Shown one piece after another: positions 17,843 to 28,680 of a stretch of DNA of 64,000 bases (position 1 is the stretch's first letter; each line of letters starts with the position of its first letter). The position numbers were made by a program, and so were the translations under genes. This DNA comes from Dehalococcoidia bacterium (GTDB lineage: Bacteria > Chloroflexota > Dehalococcoidia > GIF9 > UBA5629): the NCBI GenBank assembly GCA_050011565.1, contig JBEKIW010000004.1, forward strand, positions 96,001-160,000. Direction: 5' to 3'. The notes below the pieces were generated by a model. That model saw nothing but the letters and a program-made list of their open reading frames with translations. It searched no databases and was not told where the DNA came from.

Positions 17843-19132
17843 CTACATTGCCGGGTTCGTGACGTGTCCGAGAAATAAGATCGCCCCTGTTTGAATGTCC
17901 CGAATTAGAAAGATAAAGGGGCGGTCAATGGTCACATCAACAACGTTCAATTGTAACGATGTGGTTGTCATAACAACCGCCGTAGCGGCGGCTGCCTCCG
18001 TGCCGACTTCGTCGACAGAAACAAATGCCTTATGAATCACGTCCGATATGTATAGATCGCGCTTGCCGTCCATGCCTGAAAAATCAGCGTTCTCGGTAAA
18101 AGCCACCGGCATACCCATAGCACTGAGGGCTTTCTTCAGGCTGAAGTCGGAGGAGAATTCGTATTTGGGCATAGTCAACACGACTCGCTTGGAAGCTAAG
18201 CTGGCAATAATTCCGTCGACCTTACCGGCATCCAGAGACCTTTCAAACGTAGTGAACTGGCCGGGCTGAGGCAGCAGAATCACCATGGAAAGCTCGCTTC
18301 CGTCATAGGGCAATTCCACCGCCTGATAATCATCACCTTCTGCATAGGCAAACGATTTTGTCTGTTTCATCATTGGCACGGTGACTTCACTGCCGGAGAG
18401 CAAGTGAAAGGTGCCATCGGCGGTGGCATCTTTCTCGAAGGGGAACTGCCAGGCGGCGTTGAAGTAGATGGCGTTGGTCAGGACCAGGCGGGTCATGGCG
18501 TCGATAGCGCCCGGTGGAATCAGGTCTTTAATCCTGCCTTCCGTCTGGTCGCTTACCCAGTCGTTAATAGTGACGCGCGATGGTTCAGGTGCGTTTATGA
18601 AATCGAGCGTTCTGATGCCGGCGCCGTAGTTCTCAGCCAGGATATCGAGGAACTCCTGGAGAAAGGCGTAGCCCTTTTGTCCCCAGATGGCATTTACGAT
18701 ATTGAGTCTGAAGCCTTTCTCATCCTTGCCTTTGGCGCCCTGGCCACGCTGGCTTAGTTCTATATCCAGGCTATTGAGCGCCGGGTGAAGCAGTTCCTGC
18801 GGCAGAGTATAGTGGAGCGTGTTTGCCATTTGCTGCGCCGTATCGCCGCGGGCGCCGGCATAGGTCATAGCCAGTGCCAGCGAAATGCTGTAGGGTGAAA
18901 AGAAAACGTTTTCATCTCCTTTGATTTGTTGATAGGCGTCAAAGGCAAATGCGTTGTTGCCGTTTACCAGCGCGGCCAGGTCAGCCTGACTGGCGACTGG
19001 AGAAGTTATTCTTTGCTTATCCGATTTTACTGTCTGGCTTACCGGCTGCGCACCAGGCGGCACGATACAGGCTGAACTGCCAATCAACATCATAGCAACT
19101 AAAATAACCGAAACCAGCAAATTGTTTTTCAT
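17843..19132 (-). CDS. Serpin (probable lipoprotein, inhibitory-type hinge)
   Basis: NVFFSPYSIS, LVLTNAIYF...W, hinge GTEAAAAT, and DRPFIFLI motifs. Confidence 0.95.
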   Translation of the reverse strand: MKNNLLVSVILVAMMLIGSSACIVPPGAQPVSQTVKSDKQRITSPVASQADLAALVNGNNAFAFDAYQQIKGDENVFFSPYSISLALAMTYAGARGDTAQQMANTLHYTLPQELLHPALNSLDIELSQRGQGAKGKDEKGFRLNIVNAIWGQKGYAFLQEFLDILAENYGAGIRTLDFINAPEPSRVTINDWVSDQTEGRIKDLIPPGAIDAMTRLVLTNAIYFNAAWQFPFEKDATADGTFHLLSGSEVTVPMMKQTKSFAYAEGDDYQAVELPYDGSELSMVILLPQPGQFTTFERSLDAGKVDGIIASLASKRVVLTMPKYEFSSDFSLKKALSAMGMPVAFTENADFSGMDGKRDLYISDVIHKAFVSVDEVGTEAAAATAVVMTTTSLQLNVVDVTIDRPFIFLIRDIQTGAILFLGHVTNPAM

Positions 19133-19220
19133 GTTTTATTCCCTCCTAGTCTACTCTATCACCATGAATAACGAAGCGGCCTGGCAAAGGTTTAGCAAGC
19201 CACAGTGCGCAGGCGGTTTC

Positions 19221-19655
19221 TCAAGGTACACATATGATTTCCGGCTCGTGTTCCGGCTGCGGACGGGCACCTCCTTCAGCGAAGATGTGTACCGCCTGAT
19301 AAACATAGCACGCCCTGGACTTACACATACCATCCTCAAGGCAGATTTCCCTCAGAATTTCATCAGCCCGCTGCCGGTGAACCCTATAATCGAGGACGCC
19401 TTCCCGCATCAACTGATACAGGGCGTCGTGAACGAGAGAGCCACGCATGAAGTCTCTGGTATCGATGGTCGGTCCGCTGGGCCCGTCCCAGGCATAATAC
19501 TTGTTGATAGATAAAATCCCCTGCGGGGACAAGGACAGGAATTTAGCCAGTTTGCGCCTGATAGCCTTGAGAGGTTTGAGGTCGATTTTAATCGTGTAGT
19601 CTTTCATCACCTGGTACTTATAACTCGTCAGGTTCCTATAACAAACCTTTGACAT
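19221..19655 (-). CDS. DUF1353-like protein
   Basis: YAWDGPS...SLVHDALYQ...RQRADEIL motif; ATG after AGGAGGTG. Confidence 0.6.
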   Translation of the reverse strand: MSKVCYRNLTSYKYQVMKDYTIKIDLKPLKAIRRKLAKFLSLSPQGILSINKYYAWDGPSGPTIDTRDFMRGSLVHDALYQLMREGVLDYRVHRQRADEILREICLEDGMCKSRACYVYQAVHIFAEGGARPQPEHEPEIICVP

Positions 19656-19722
19656 GTTCACCACCTCCTATATTCCTTCAGTAACAGTGCCTTGTACGGC
19701 TCGCCTAAGAGGATTCATAAAT

Positions 19723-20670
19723 CTAGGTAACAGACTCCAGCACCTCTTGTATGGCTCTCTCTGTCAATTGCAGGAATGTATCATACGCTCCTAAATCCAA
19801 TTTCCCTTCCGCTATAATTTTACCGATAGGTCTATCCATAATGTTGGCTATAATATACTGACACAATGGGTCCATTAATTTCAGTGCCCAAAGTTCCCTC
19901 TCTGTAGGCGGCTCAATTATCTTCAGTTCCTCGGCTACTTTCAAATCCCATGGAATACTATTTTTCACATCCTCAACGTCTGCCTCATCCTGCCAGGGGA
20001 ATACCTCAGCTAAATACAGCACATGGGTATGAGGGTCGAATCTGAAAACTCCTCTGTCAGTGACCACGGCTGAAGGTCCTCCTCCAACTAAATTCGCCTT
20101 CTTCCTGGCATCGGGACTGCCATCGAGGAAACCTGCCTCGGTCATGTAGTCGAGTTTTTCCACCCATTGCCTTGGGTTAAACTCCGCGGTATACACTATT
20201 CTCCCCGCCGATGATGCTATGTCGGCTCCGCCGCCGCTACCATTCATCTTCATTTGTCGTCCAATTATATAACTAACATTAACATTTCCAAACATATCCA
20301 TTTGGGCAAACCCCAGATAAGACATATCAATAAAGCCCGATTGTTGGTCTATGAACGTCTCAGGAAGGCCCTGATGACACATAGCCATGGCGCCTGCCGA
20401 GTTATCAGCCGGGCTGATCAGGACGGAAACGCTGGCAAATCCCACATATCCTGCCTCGGCCACCAGTACTACATTTGGCGTATGTACCAGCTTGGCTATG
20501 GCACCGGCGAGGTCCGAAATGCCAATGCCAACAAACACAGTCTCTCTATCTTCCACTTCCCTTGACCCGGCGCAGCATACCAGCACCGGCGGCTCATATC
20601 TCTTCTTCATTGCATCGAGCTGCCGCCGTGAATATTTCTCTCGCGTGGTATATAAATGTCCCATTTTCAT
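19723..20670 (-). CDS. Family I CoA-transferase beta subunit (glutaconate CoA-transferase GctB-like)
   Basis: VFVGIG, xEAG with the catalytic Glu, AQMDMFGNVN, GSGGGADIAS and VVTDRGVF motifs. Confidence 0.85.
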   Translation of the reverse strand: MKMGHLYTTREKYSRRQLDAMKKRYEPPVLVCCAGSREVEDRETVFVGIGISDLAGAIAKLVHTPNVVLVAEAGYVGFASVSVLISPADNSAGAMAMCHQGLPETFIDQQSGFIDMSYLGFAQMDMFGNVNVSYIIGRQMKMNGSGGGADIASSAGRIVYTAEFNPRQWVEKLDYMTEAGFLDGSPDARKKANLVGGGPSAVVTDRGVFRFDPHTHVLYLAEVFPWQDEADVEDVKNSIPWDLKVAEELKIIEPPTERELWALKLMDPLCQYIIANIMDRPIGKIIAEGKLDLGAYDTFLQLTERAIQEVLESVT

Positions 20671-20698
20671 ACCTCTCTTATATTTTTATTAATATCCC

Positions 20699-21751
20699 TC
20701 ACCCGGGTATATTGTTTAGCTTATGTTCTGCTTTAGCCAGTCTATCCAGTTTTTCCCATCCTATCTTGTCGCAATATCCGAAGTGAGTTTTGGGGCCATA
20801 AACCCATTCATCGATCCACTTCAAAGCTCCTTCGCGACTCTGCCTCTGTAGTAAGAGTGACACGAAGCTTAGACCGTCCATTGTATAGCATCCAAAGCAA
20901 CCTGCAGGATGGCAATTAAAGGGAAGGTGGACAACGGCATCGGTGCAATAGGCTGGTATCACCGTCAGCCCCGGGTTCTCATATATCTTTTCGGTGGGAA
21001 CAATTTCCTCAGCAAGCAGCACTACATGTTTAGCTGCCCTGGCTTTCCAGTAATCCGTTCCTTTAAAGCCCCATATCTGACCATTTCCTCTTCGGTCTGC
21101 CTTCTGAACTGAGATGAAGGCGACATCCGGTTTGTAAGCCGGGATAAGCAGCAGCGGCTTGTTCTCATACGGGTCATTTATGACCTTGATATCTTTATTG
21201 TATTTGGGGATATCGGTGCCAAGTGAGGAGCGGCAGGGCATGAAGGGGACATTGATTGCCCCGGCCATGAGTCTCAGCGAAATTTCAAAATTCGTCCAGT
21301 CTACGATCTTGAGCCAGGGTAAATCAGACTTAACCTTATCTTTCGGCGTGGCTAAAACACCACCCGCCTCAACCGGGCGCGGTACACCCTCCTTTATACC
21401 GCGCTCCAGCGCCGGCGTGCCGGAAATACCACCCACCTGGCGCGTCATGTTATACGCTATATCTATCCTATCGAGCACCCCCAACTCTACCAGCAGGTCT
21501 ATACCCTCAAAATTTCCGCTCTCATCTATAATAGATAAATTTTTCTTTCCTTGACGTGCTATCTCCCTCATAATGGCTTCAGGCTGCCTGCACATGACAA
21601 AACCACCTATACAAAATGAATCTCCATCATGCAGAAACGTTTCCACTGCTTCCTTCTCCGTCATCACCTTACGCAATCTCTTTTTGTAATGTGCGTCTTT
21701 GGCTCTCTCCTCATAATTTATTGTTTCAAGCCCTTTTATTGCCATTTTCAC
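20699..21751 (-). CDS. Family I CoA-transferase alpha subunit (GctA-like)
   Basis: IGGF...R.P.AIMREIARQ, AGAINVPFMP.RSSLGTD, PDVAFISVQKAD..GN motifs. Confidence 0.85.
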   Translation of the reverse strand: MKMAIKGLETINYEERAKDAHYKKRLRKVMTEKEAVETFLHDGDSFCIGGFVMCRQPEAIMREIARQGKKNLSIIDESGNFEGIDLLVELGVLDRIDIAYNMTRQVGGISGTPALERGIKEGVPRPVEAGGVLATPKDKVKSDLPWLKIVDWTNFEISLRLMAGAINVPFMPCRSSLGTDIPKYNKDIKVINDPYENKPLLLIPAYKPDVAFISVQKADRRGNGQIWGFKGTDYWKARAAKHVVLLAEEIVPTEKIYENPGLTVIPAYCTDAVVHLPFNCHPAGCFGCYTMDGLSFVSLLLQRQSREGALKWIDEWVYGPKTHFGYCDKIGWEKLDRLAKAEHKLNNIPG

Positions 21752-21947
21752 AATGCCCCCTTTTATAAATTTTCTAGAAACTAGATTATCCAGTAGCTTT
21801 AAGGTTTTTTACTTCGATGGAGAACACCTGGTTTCTGGAATACCATGAGTTAGATAATCCGGTATCGACTTCAGGTGGGTTATACTATATCTCGCCAGCT
21901 TGTGATTACTGAGCTACTCAGGTTGTCACTACTAGGTCTTCTACGAA

Positions 21948-22024
21948 TGGTCGGGGTGGCCGGATTCGAACCGGCGACCACCTGAACCCCATTCAGGTGC
22001 GCTACCAGGCTGCGCTACACCCCG
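21948..22024 (-). tRNA. tRNA-Pro (anticodon GGG)
   Basis: Reverse complement CGGGGTGTAGCGCAGCCTGGTAGCGCACCTGAATGGGGTTCAGGTGGTCGCCGGTTCGAATCCGGCCACCCCGACCA: cloverleaf, GTTCGAATC T-loop, encoded CCA. Confidence 0.97.
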
Positions 22025-22119
22025 CGTGGCTTTGAATTAGTCAATATGGTATCATAAGTCCCTAATTAGAACAATCCAGGTTTAGCTTCAGTTAGTTTAA
22101 GCAGGAGAGGGTTCGAAAG

Positions 22120-23394
22120 TTGGCTAAGAAACATATTAAAACCGAAGTAAAACCGCTGCCTACCAAGCGGCAGTTGTCCAGGCACCGTCGCCAGCAGCGT
22201 ATCCAGCACATCATTTACATTGCCGGGACCGTATTTTTAGCTTTGCTCATTGCTTTCGTCGCCTATGGATACTGGGACGTTCAGATTAAACCGTTTCATC
22301 AGCCGGCGGCGAAAATTAATGGTACCACCTATGATATGGGCTATTACGTAAAGATGCTTGAGCTTTATAGTAAAGGGCAGGATGCTTCCCAGACCGCGAC
22401 CATGGCAGATAACCTTATCAAAGTCATGCAATATAACGAGGCAGTGGCTAGGTCAGCGCCGGAAGTCGGTATAAGTGTTAGCAATGATGAGATAAATAGC
22501 ACTTTGAAGACTTTGACACTTCCAAATGAGAAGGTGTACAGGGACGCAATTGGTTCTACAACTCTGGCAAACAAATTAGTTCAGAACTATTTTGATAAGG
22601 AAGTGCCGACCAGCACCGAACAGGTGGAGGTCCAGGCATTGTTCGTGGAAAGCGCCGATGTAGCCGACAAGCTAGCAGCCAGGATTGCGGCAGGAGATAA
22701 TTTTACGGCACTGGCGGAGGAATATTCGCTGGAACCGATTACTAAGGATAATGGCGGGAACCTGGGCTGGCTGCCTAAAGGTTTCGCCGATATGTTGCTG
22801 GGGAATTTAGGCAATTCGGCGCTCAAGGACCTTCCATTTACACTTGAGCCGGGACAGCTCAGCCAGCCGACTTTTGATGGGATGGTCAGTAAATCAATCG
22901 GTTACTGGGTGGTGCTAGTGACTGAAAAGGACCCTACAAAGGGTAGCCATGTCAGGGCTATTCTAACAGGAAGCCGGCATGATGCCGAGGCGATAAGAGC
23001 CAAGATAGTTGCCGGGGAGGATTTTGCGAGTCTGGTTAAAACCTATTCGCAGGATTACACTAGCGCTTCCGATAATGGCGATATGGGCTGGACGGGAGAA
23101 GGTACAATCACCAACAGGCTGGTTAGGGGGATGGCAGTGCCTCTCGAAATTGGCGCTGTAAGTCAACCGGCGGCTGATAGCTCTGTTCAAACCCTGGGAG
23201 GTTTTTGGCTGGTCAGAGTGTTGAACAAAGATGAAAACCGGGTGCTGGATGACAGTACCAGGCAAACGCTGAGAACGGGACTCTTTGAAAAATGGATGAC
23301 TGAGAAAATGAAGGATGATTCGGTGGAAACGTTACTAACCGAAGACCAGAAAGCGTGGGCAATAAACCTCGTTGTTAAGAGCAGGGGTCAATAA
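22120..23394 (+). CDS. PrsA/SurA-like peptidyl-prolyl isomerase with two parvulin domains and an N-terminal membrane anchor
   Basis: F.ALAEEYS...NGGNLGW and F.SLVKTYSQD...GDMGW motifs. Confidence 0.85.
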   Translation: MAKKHIKTEVKPLPTKRQLSRHRRQQRIQHIIYIAGTVFLALLIAFVAYGYWDVQIKPFHQPAAKINGTTYDMGYYVKMLELYSKGQDASQTATMADNLIKVMQYNEAVARSAPEVGISVSNDEINSTLKTLTLPNEKVYRDAIGSTTLANKLVQNYFDKEVPTSTEQVEVQALFVESADVADKLAARIAAGDNFTALAEEYSLEPITKDNGGNLGWLPKGFADMLLGNLGNSALKDLPFTLEPGQLSQPTFDGMVSKSIGYWVVLVTEKDPTKGSHVRAILTGSRHDAEAIRAKIVAGEDFASLVKTYSQDYTSASDNGDMGWTGEGTITNRLVRGMAVPLEIGAVSQPAADSSVQTLGGFWLVRVLNKDENRVLDDSTRQTLRTGLFEKWMTEKMKDDSVETLLTEDQKAWAINLVVKSRGQ

Positions 23395-23396
23395 CT

Positions 23397-24695
23397 ATGG
23401 CGGCCAGGAAGAGTATTAATATCGGTTTGATGGGGTTGGGTGTAATCGGCGGTGGCATGGTCAAGGTCCTGATGAATAAACCGGACACTTTGGCCAGAGA
23501 AGCCGGCAGCAAGCTGGTTCTTAAAAAGGTGTTGGAGAAGGACCTGGCTAAGCATGGCGCATTAGGCGTCGACCGCGCTATTTTTACCACAAGGGTCGAA
23601 GACCTGGTGGAGAACCCGGAAATAGACGTAATCGTGGAGCTTATGGGCGGCGAACATCCTGCCTTTGAATATATAAGGGACGCTCTAGCCCATGGCAAGC
23701 ATGTGGTTACCGCCAACAAAGAGGTCATGTCCAAGCACTGGGCGGAGCTTTTGACTGCAGCTCGTGACCATAACGCTTGTCTTCGCTATGAGGCAAGCGT
23801 TGGCGGAGGCATACCTCTAATTGCTCCCTTCCAGGAAGACCTGGTGGCTAACGATGTTTCAGCTATCTACGCCATCGTAAACGGCACTACCAACTATATT
23901 TTGACTCGAATGGCCAAGGAAGGGCTGGATTTTGCCGTGGCTTTGAAAAATGCGCAGGAATTAGGCTATGCCGAGGCTAACCCGACAAATGATATAGAAG
24001 GAATAGATGCGGCTTATAAGCTGGCTATATTAACGACCATAGCTTTCGGTACCGAAGTAAAGCCGGACAATGTGTATCACGAGGGAATTTCGCGGCTTCA
24101 GGCCCGTGATTTTCGCTATGCACGTGAACTGGGCTATGCCATAAAGCTGCTGGCTATTGCCAAAGGAAATAAGGATTCCATCGAAGCTCGTGTTCACCCT
24201 GTCTTTATACCGGAGGACTCGCTGCTGGCCAAGGTAGACGGAGTTTATAATGCCATTTTGGTCGAAGGCGACCTGGTCGGACAGGTTATCTTCTATGGTG
24301 AGGGAGCCGGTCCCAGGGCAACTTCGAGTGCCGTTGTTTCGGATATAATCAAGATAGCCCAGGATATTAATAACGGGAAACCCAGTGCACCGAGATTGCC
24401 TTTTGCCAGCGGGCGGACTGTTATGCCCATGGCCGAGATAAAGACTCGATACTATATGAGGATGAGCGTGGCTGACCAGCCGGGAGTTTTAGCACAGATT
24501 TCCAGGATACTGGGCGACCATGCCATCAGTATTTCTTCAGTGATTCAGAAGGAGACCGACGCGTCTACCAGGGTTGCCGAGATTGTGATAATGACTCATC
24601 CGGCGGAAGAGCAGGCAGTTCAGCAGGCGCTTAAAGAGACCAAGCATCTGGGTGTGGTCAAAGAAATCAGCAACTTCGTCAGAGTTGAGGCTTAG
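23397..24695 (+). CDS. hom: Homoserine dehydrogenase with ACT domain
   Basis: [37 protein letters not shown] and DQPGVLAQI motifs. Confidence 0.95.
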   Translation: MAARKSINIGLMGLGVIGGGMVKVLMNKPDTLAREAGSKLVLKKVLEKDLAKHGALGVDRAIFTTRVEDLVENPEIDVIVELMGGEHPAFEYIRDALAHGKHVVTANKEVMSKHWAELLTAARDHNACLRYEASVGGGIPLIAPFQEDLVANDVSAIYAIVNGTTNYILTRMAKEGLDFAVALKNAQELGYAEANPTNDIEGIDAAYKLAILTTIAFGTEVKPDNVYHEGISRLQARDFRYARELGYAIKLLAIAKGNKDSIEARVHPVFIPEDSLLAKVDGVYNAILVEGDLVGQVIFYGEGAGPRATSSAVVSDIIKIAQDINNGKPSAPRLPFASGRTVMPMAEIKTRYYMRMSVADQPGVLAQISRILGDHAISISSVIQKETDASTRVAEIVIMTHPAEEQAVQQALKETKHLGVVKEISNFVRVEA

Positions 24696-24703
24696 GTGTA
24701 ACC

Positions 24704-25756
24704 ATGGAACGCGGAGTTTTGTTCAGATACCGTGATTTGCTACCGGTTACTCAAGCCACGCCCATGATAACCCTGGGTGAGGGCAGTACCCCCCTGGTCA
24801 GGTCGCTTTACCTGGAGAAGGAGCTTGGCTGCGGCGGGCTTTATTTTAAGCTCGAGGGGTGTAATCCTACCGGCTCTTTCAAGGACCGGGGCATGGTGGT
24901 GGCTATAGCCAAGGCTGTGGAAGAAGGCAGTCGCAGCGTCATTTGTGCGTCTACCGGAAATACCAGCGCCTCGGCTGCTGCCTACGGAGCCAGATTCGGC
25001 CTCGATGTGGTGGTTATGGTGCCCAAAGGTAAGATAGCCCTGGGTAAGATGGCTCAGGCGATTGCTTACGGGGCCAAGATTATCGCCGTACAGGGCAACT
25101 TCGACCAGGCGCTGCAGATAGTCCGCAGCCTGGCGGAAAAGCATCCGGTTACGCTGGTCAATTCGCTAAACCCGTATAGAATTCAAGGTCAGAAGACGGC
25201 GGCGTTTGAGATTGTGGATGATTTGGGTGATGCTCCCGACTACTTTTTTATCCCCGTTGGTAATGCCGGAAATATTACCGCCTACTGGAAAGGTTTTGTA
25301 GAATACAAAAAGGCGGGCAGGGCTAGCCGGACTCCGAAGATGATGGGCTTTCAGGCTGAAGGTGCCGCGCCCATAGTCAAGGGCAAGGTCATCGACAGGC
25401 CGAAAACCTTAGCGACGGCAATCCGCATCGGTAACCCAGCCAGCTGGAAGGGGGCAGTGGCGGCTCGAGATGAATCCGGCGGCGTAATCGATTCAGTGAC
25501 TGACGATGAGATTCTGGCTGCCTATAAGCTTCTGGCGAGGAAGGAAGGCGTTTTCGGCGAACCGGCCTCAGCGGCGTCGGTGGCCGGGCTTATCAAGATG
25601 GTCAAACAGGGGTTGAATCTTTCCGGTAAAAAAGTGGTCTGTATCATCACCGGCACCGGGCTGAAAGACCCAAACCTGCCGGCAAAGTTCGCCGAGCCTT
25701 TTCCAGAATTGCCCGCTGACATAAAAGCAGTTGAGCGAACCTTAGGGTGGAGTTGA
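24704..25756 (+). CDS. thrC: Threonine synthase
   Basis: [27 protein letters not shown] and EPASAAS motifs. Confidence 0.95.
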   Translation: MERGVLFRYRDLLPVTQATPMITLGEGSTPLVRSLYLEKELGCGGLYFKLEGCNPTGSFKDRGMVVAIAKAVEEGSRSVICASTGNTSASAAAYGARFGLDVVVMVPKGKIALGKMAQAIAYGAKIIAVQGNFDQALQIVRSLAEKHPVTLVNSLNPYRIQGQKTAAFEIVDDLGDAPDYFFIPVGNAGNITAYWKGFVEYKKAGRASRTPKMMGFQAEGAAPIVKGKVIDRPKTLATAIRIGNPASWKGAVAARDESGGVIDSVTDDEILAAYKLLARKEGVFGEPASAASVAGLIKMVKQGLNLSGKKVVCIITGTGLKDPNLPAKFAEPFPELPADIKAVERTLGWS

Positions 25757-25792
25757 CATTAGCCGCCACCGCAAGTATAAAGAGACCTGCCA

Positions 25793-26371
25793 ATGCCTAG
25801 AGTAAGAACAGCCAGCGTCGGTGAATTCTATCAGCATTATCCCAAAGTAGCGGCTATACTTACGGTAAACGCCGGAGGCAAGAAGAACGCCATGGCCGCC
25901 GCCTGGCACAGCGCCATTTCCTATAAGCCTCCGCTTTATGGAGTGGCTGTATCACCCAAGAGGTATACTTATAAACTTATCGTAGAATCCGGAGAGTTCG
26001 GCATTAACTTCATGCCCTTTGAAGCTGCCGAGCTTATCGCTTCGGTCGGCGGCAGCGGCGGCAGTGAAATGGATAAGTTTCGTAAGTTTAATGTAGCGGA
26101 AGAGAAGCCCTTGAAAACGACGGTGCCAATACTGAGAGAGGCATATGCCGCTTATGAGTGCAAACTTGTGGATAATAAAACCTATGGCGACCATGCCTGG
26201 ATGGTGGGTGAAATTGTGGCGGTGCATTTTACCGACGATTTATTCACTGACAAGGGAACACTTGATGTTAGCAAGCTGAATCCGGCGCTTTATCTGGGAG
26301 CTGAACTTTACATAACTGCTAAGAGAGAATCGGTTCGATTGCTGGACCGGGAGACTTACGGAAGGCGTTAG
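25793..26371 (+). CDS. Flavin reductase family protein
   Basis: NAMAAAW...PPL, YT..LI.ESGEF.IN, ECKL...GDH...GEIV motifs. Confidence 0.85.
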   Translation: MPRVRTASVGEFYQHYPKVAAILTVNAGGKKNAMAAAWHSAISYKPPLYGVAVSPKRYTYKLIVESGEFGINFMPFEAAELIASVGGSGGSEMDKFRKFNVAEEKPLKTTVPILREAYAAYECKLVDNKTYGDHAWMVGEIVAVHFTDDLFTDKGTLDVSKLNPALYLGAELYITAKRESVRLLDRETYGRR

Positions 26372-26399
26372 AAAAAAGTTATCTAAGAGGAGGGCAGCA

Positions 26400-26966
26400 G
26401 TGGTTGACATGCCTAAGATCGAAGCCGCGGTACTTTCTATAATTAAGGCCATCGGGGAGGACCCTCAAAGGGAAGGCCTGCGGGATACGCCGCAGCGCAT
26501 TGCTGACATGTATACTGAGCTTTTTTCGGGTTTGAATATGGATGCCAAAGCGGAGTTGACCGTGGGTTTTGAGGTGGGACATCATGAAATGGTGATACTC
26601 AGAGATATTCCTTTTTACTCTATGTGCGAGCATCATTTTTTACCGTTTTATGGAGTGGCTCATGTGGGCTATATTCCCAGTGAAGAGGGGCGGGTTGTCG
26701 GGGTGAGCAAGCTGGCGCGGGTAGTGGATATCTTTGCTAAACGGCTTCAATTGCAGGAGCGGATGACGTCACAGATTGCCGATGCCATTTGCGAAGCTCT
26801 GCAACCGGACGGTGTGGCGGTGGTCATTCAAGCCGAGCATTTATGCATGACCATGCGCGGCATTAAGAAGCCGGGGAGCAACGTTATAACTTCGGCCACC
26901 AGGGGACTTTTCCGCAGCAGAGCGGCCACACGCGCCGAGTTCCTGTCGTTAGTCCAAGGCAGATAA
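26400..26966 (+). CDS. folE: GTP cyclohydrolase I
   Basis: [32 protein letters not shown] and HLCMTMRG motifs. Confidence 0.97.
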   Translation: MVDMPKIEAAVLSIIKAIGEDPQREGLRDTPQRIADMYTELFSGLNMDAKAELTVGFEVGHHEMVILRDIPFYSMCEHHFLPFYGVAHVGYIPSEEGRVVGVSKLARVVDIFAKRLQLQERMTSQIADAICEALQPDGVAVVIQAEHLCMTMRGIKKPGSNVITSATRGLFRSRAATRAEFLSLVQGR

Positions 26967-26989
26967 TTTATTCATGGCGCAGGGACTCG

Positions 26990-27658
26990 ATGGGTACTGT
27001 ATCGAAAGCTAAAATGGAAGCTAAAAACCTGATACCACCGTTTATCTCAGAGGTCAAGGGATTTCTTGACGAGGACGAGGGCTTAAGGTTGTTTGAACTG
27101 GCCTCCGAAGCTTGTTCGCTTGGCCCCTGTCTCGAGATTGGCAGCTTTTGTGGGAAGTCCACTATATATATTGGGACTGCCTGTAAAATAAAGGGGAGGA
27201 CGTTGTTCTCAATCGACCATCATCGAGGTTCGGAGGAACAACAACCCGGCCAGCCTTACTTCGATTCTGACCTTATGGATAGCGAGTCCGGCCTGATTGA
27301 CAGCCTTCCTTATTTTCGTGCCGTCATAAAAAAGGCCGGATTGGACGATGTTGTGGTGCCCATGGTAACCAAATCCCATGTCGCAGCTAAAGATTGGGAG
27401 ACGCCTTTGGGCTTAGTGTTCATAGACGGTGGCCACAGCTACGAAACAGTTATTACAGACTATGAGTGCTGGTGTCCGCATTTGCTGCTTGGTGGGTTCC
27501 TTGTCTTCCATGACGTCTTTTTAGACCCGGCTGAAGGCGGGCGGGCTCCTTATGAAGTTTACAAGCTGGCGCTGGCCTCAGGTCAGTTTGAAGAACTGCC
27601 GATGACGAAGACATTAGGTGCGCTACGGTATTGCCAGCCCATGATGGTCAAGAAGTAG
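26990..27658 (+). CDS. Class I SAM-dependent methyltransferase (Methyltransf_24-like)
   Basis: LEIGSFCGKST, IDHHRGSEE, FIDGGHSY and FHD motifs. Confidence 0.85.
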   Translation: MGTVSKAKMEAKNLIPPFISEVKGFLDEDEGLRLFELASEACSLGPCLEIGSFCGKSTIYIGTACKIKGRTLFSIDHHRGSEEQQPGQPYFDSDLMDSESGLIDSLPYFRAVIKKAGLDDVVVPMVTKSHVAAKDWETPLGLVFIDGGHSYETVITDYECWCPHLLLGGFLVFHDVFLDPAEGGRAPYEVYKLALASGQFEELPMTKTLGALRYCQPMMVKK

Positions 27659-28654
27659 ACTTGTCGCCGACATAGGCCGGAGCATATCGGCCGCTAGGAC
27701 TACCGCTGCCGATGTCCAGGTTGGCTTTTCTTCAGGCCAGATCTCCTTGGTTGGCAATGCTATGCCGTAGAAGTAGGCGCCGTCATCATCCCGCAACTGG
27801 TGAATCCAATTATAAACAGTTGCCGAGTCTTTGTATTCGCCGTGTACAGCCAGGGCAATAGACAGCTCACTTGTTTCAGCGGCCGTGACCCATCCCTGTT
27901 CCAGGCTACAGAGACAGCCAAATCCATCGATGACGAATTTATCCCACCAACTGGACAAACGACGCTTGGCATCGTCGCCGTCGACGACACGGCACATCGC
28001 CGGGTAATACCAGTCCATAGCAAATGTAAATCTATTTTCCTGCGGTGTGGTAAGTACACAGGGCAGTTTATTAATTGCTTTTACCAGAGCGGCATTTGCC
28101 ATTTTCCAGTCAGTTCTGTCCTCCTCCAAGATTGAGGCAATAGAAAGAGCGCTCTTAATACTCAAATATGTTGAGCTACAACTACTTATTAATGCCGTGG
28201 GATATATAGTGCCGGCGCTATCTCTAGCCCAGTAGATTTCGCCATTAGGTCCTCTCATATCTAGTACGAAGTCGATAGCAGCCCGTACAGCCGGCCACAC
28301 CTTCTTGAGAGAAGCAACATCACCGGTGCTCAGGTAATGGTGCCATACCCCTACGGCAATATATGAAATGCTATGTGAAACCTTGTAGGTTTCAAGCGGT
28401 TCACCATCTTTGTACGACGCATACCAGCTCCCATCCTCAAGTTGAATTTCGGATAGCCACTCATAGGCTCGCCGTGCTTCGCCATGAAAATTCCCCACAT
28501 CTAACGCCATCGCGTTTTCAACATGTGTCCACGTGTCTGTAATCCCCCCCTGGAACCAGGGGATTGAGCCATCTGCCTGTTGTACGTCCACTATGGAGCC
28601 AACCGTAGGGTTCAGATATTCTCGTGAGAGATAATTATCAAGCTTCAACGTCAT
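27623..28654 (-). CDS. Prenyltransferase/squalene-oxidase-repeat-like (alpha/alpha barrel) protein
   Basis: QW-like repeats QQADGSIPW, QLEDGSW and DDDGAY; motifs W.HVE.AMAL, FAMDWYYP, WVT.AETSEL and IWPEE..TWT. Confidence 0.7.
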   Translation of the reverse strand: MTLKLDNYLSREYLNPTVGSIVDVQQADGSIPWFQGGITDTWTHVENAMALDVGNFHGEARRAYEWLSEIQLEDGSWYASYKDGEPLETYKVSHSISYIAVGVWHHYLSTGDVASLKKVWPAVRAAIDFVLDMRGPNGEIYWARDSAGTIYPTALISSCSSTYLSIKSALSIASILEEDRTDWKMANAALVKAINKLPCVLTTPQENRFTFAMDWYYPAMCRVVDGDDAKRRLSSWWDKFVIDGFGCLCSLEQGWVTAAETSELSIALAVHGEYKDSATVYNWIHQLRDDDGAYFYGIALPTKEIWPEEKPTWTSAAVVLAADMLRPMSATSLLLDHHGLAIP

Positions 28655-28680
28655 TTGGATTGCTCCTTAGGTATTATATC

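Noticed and set aside
12400-21947. att direct repeat of the tRNA-Pro 3' end
   Set aside because: I could not find a second copy of tggtcggggtgg by eye.
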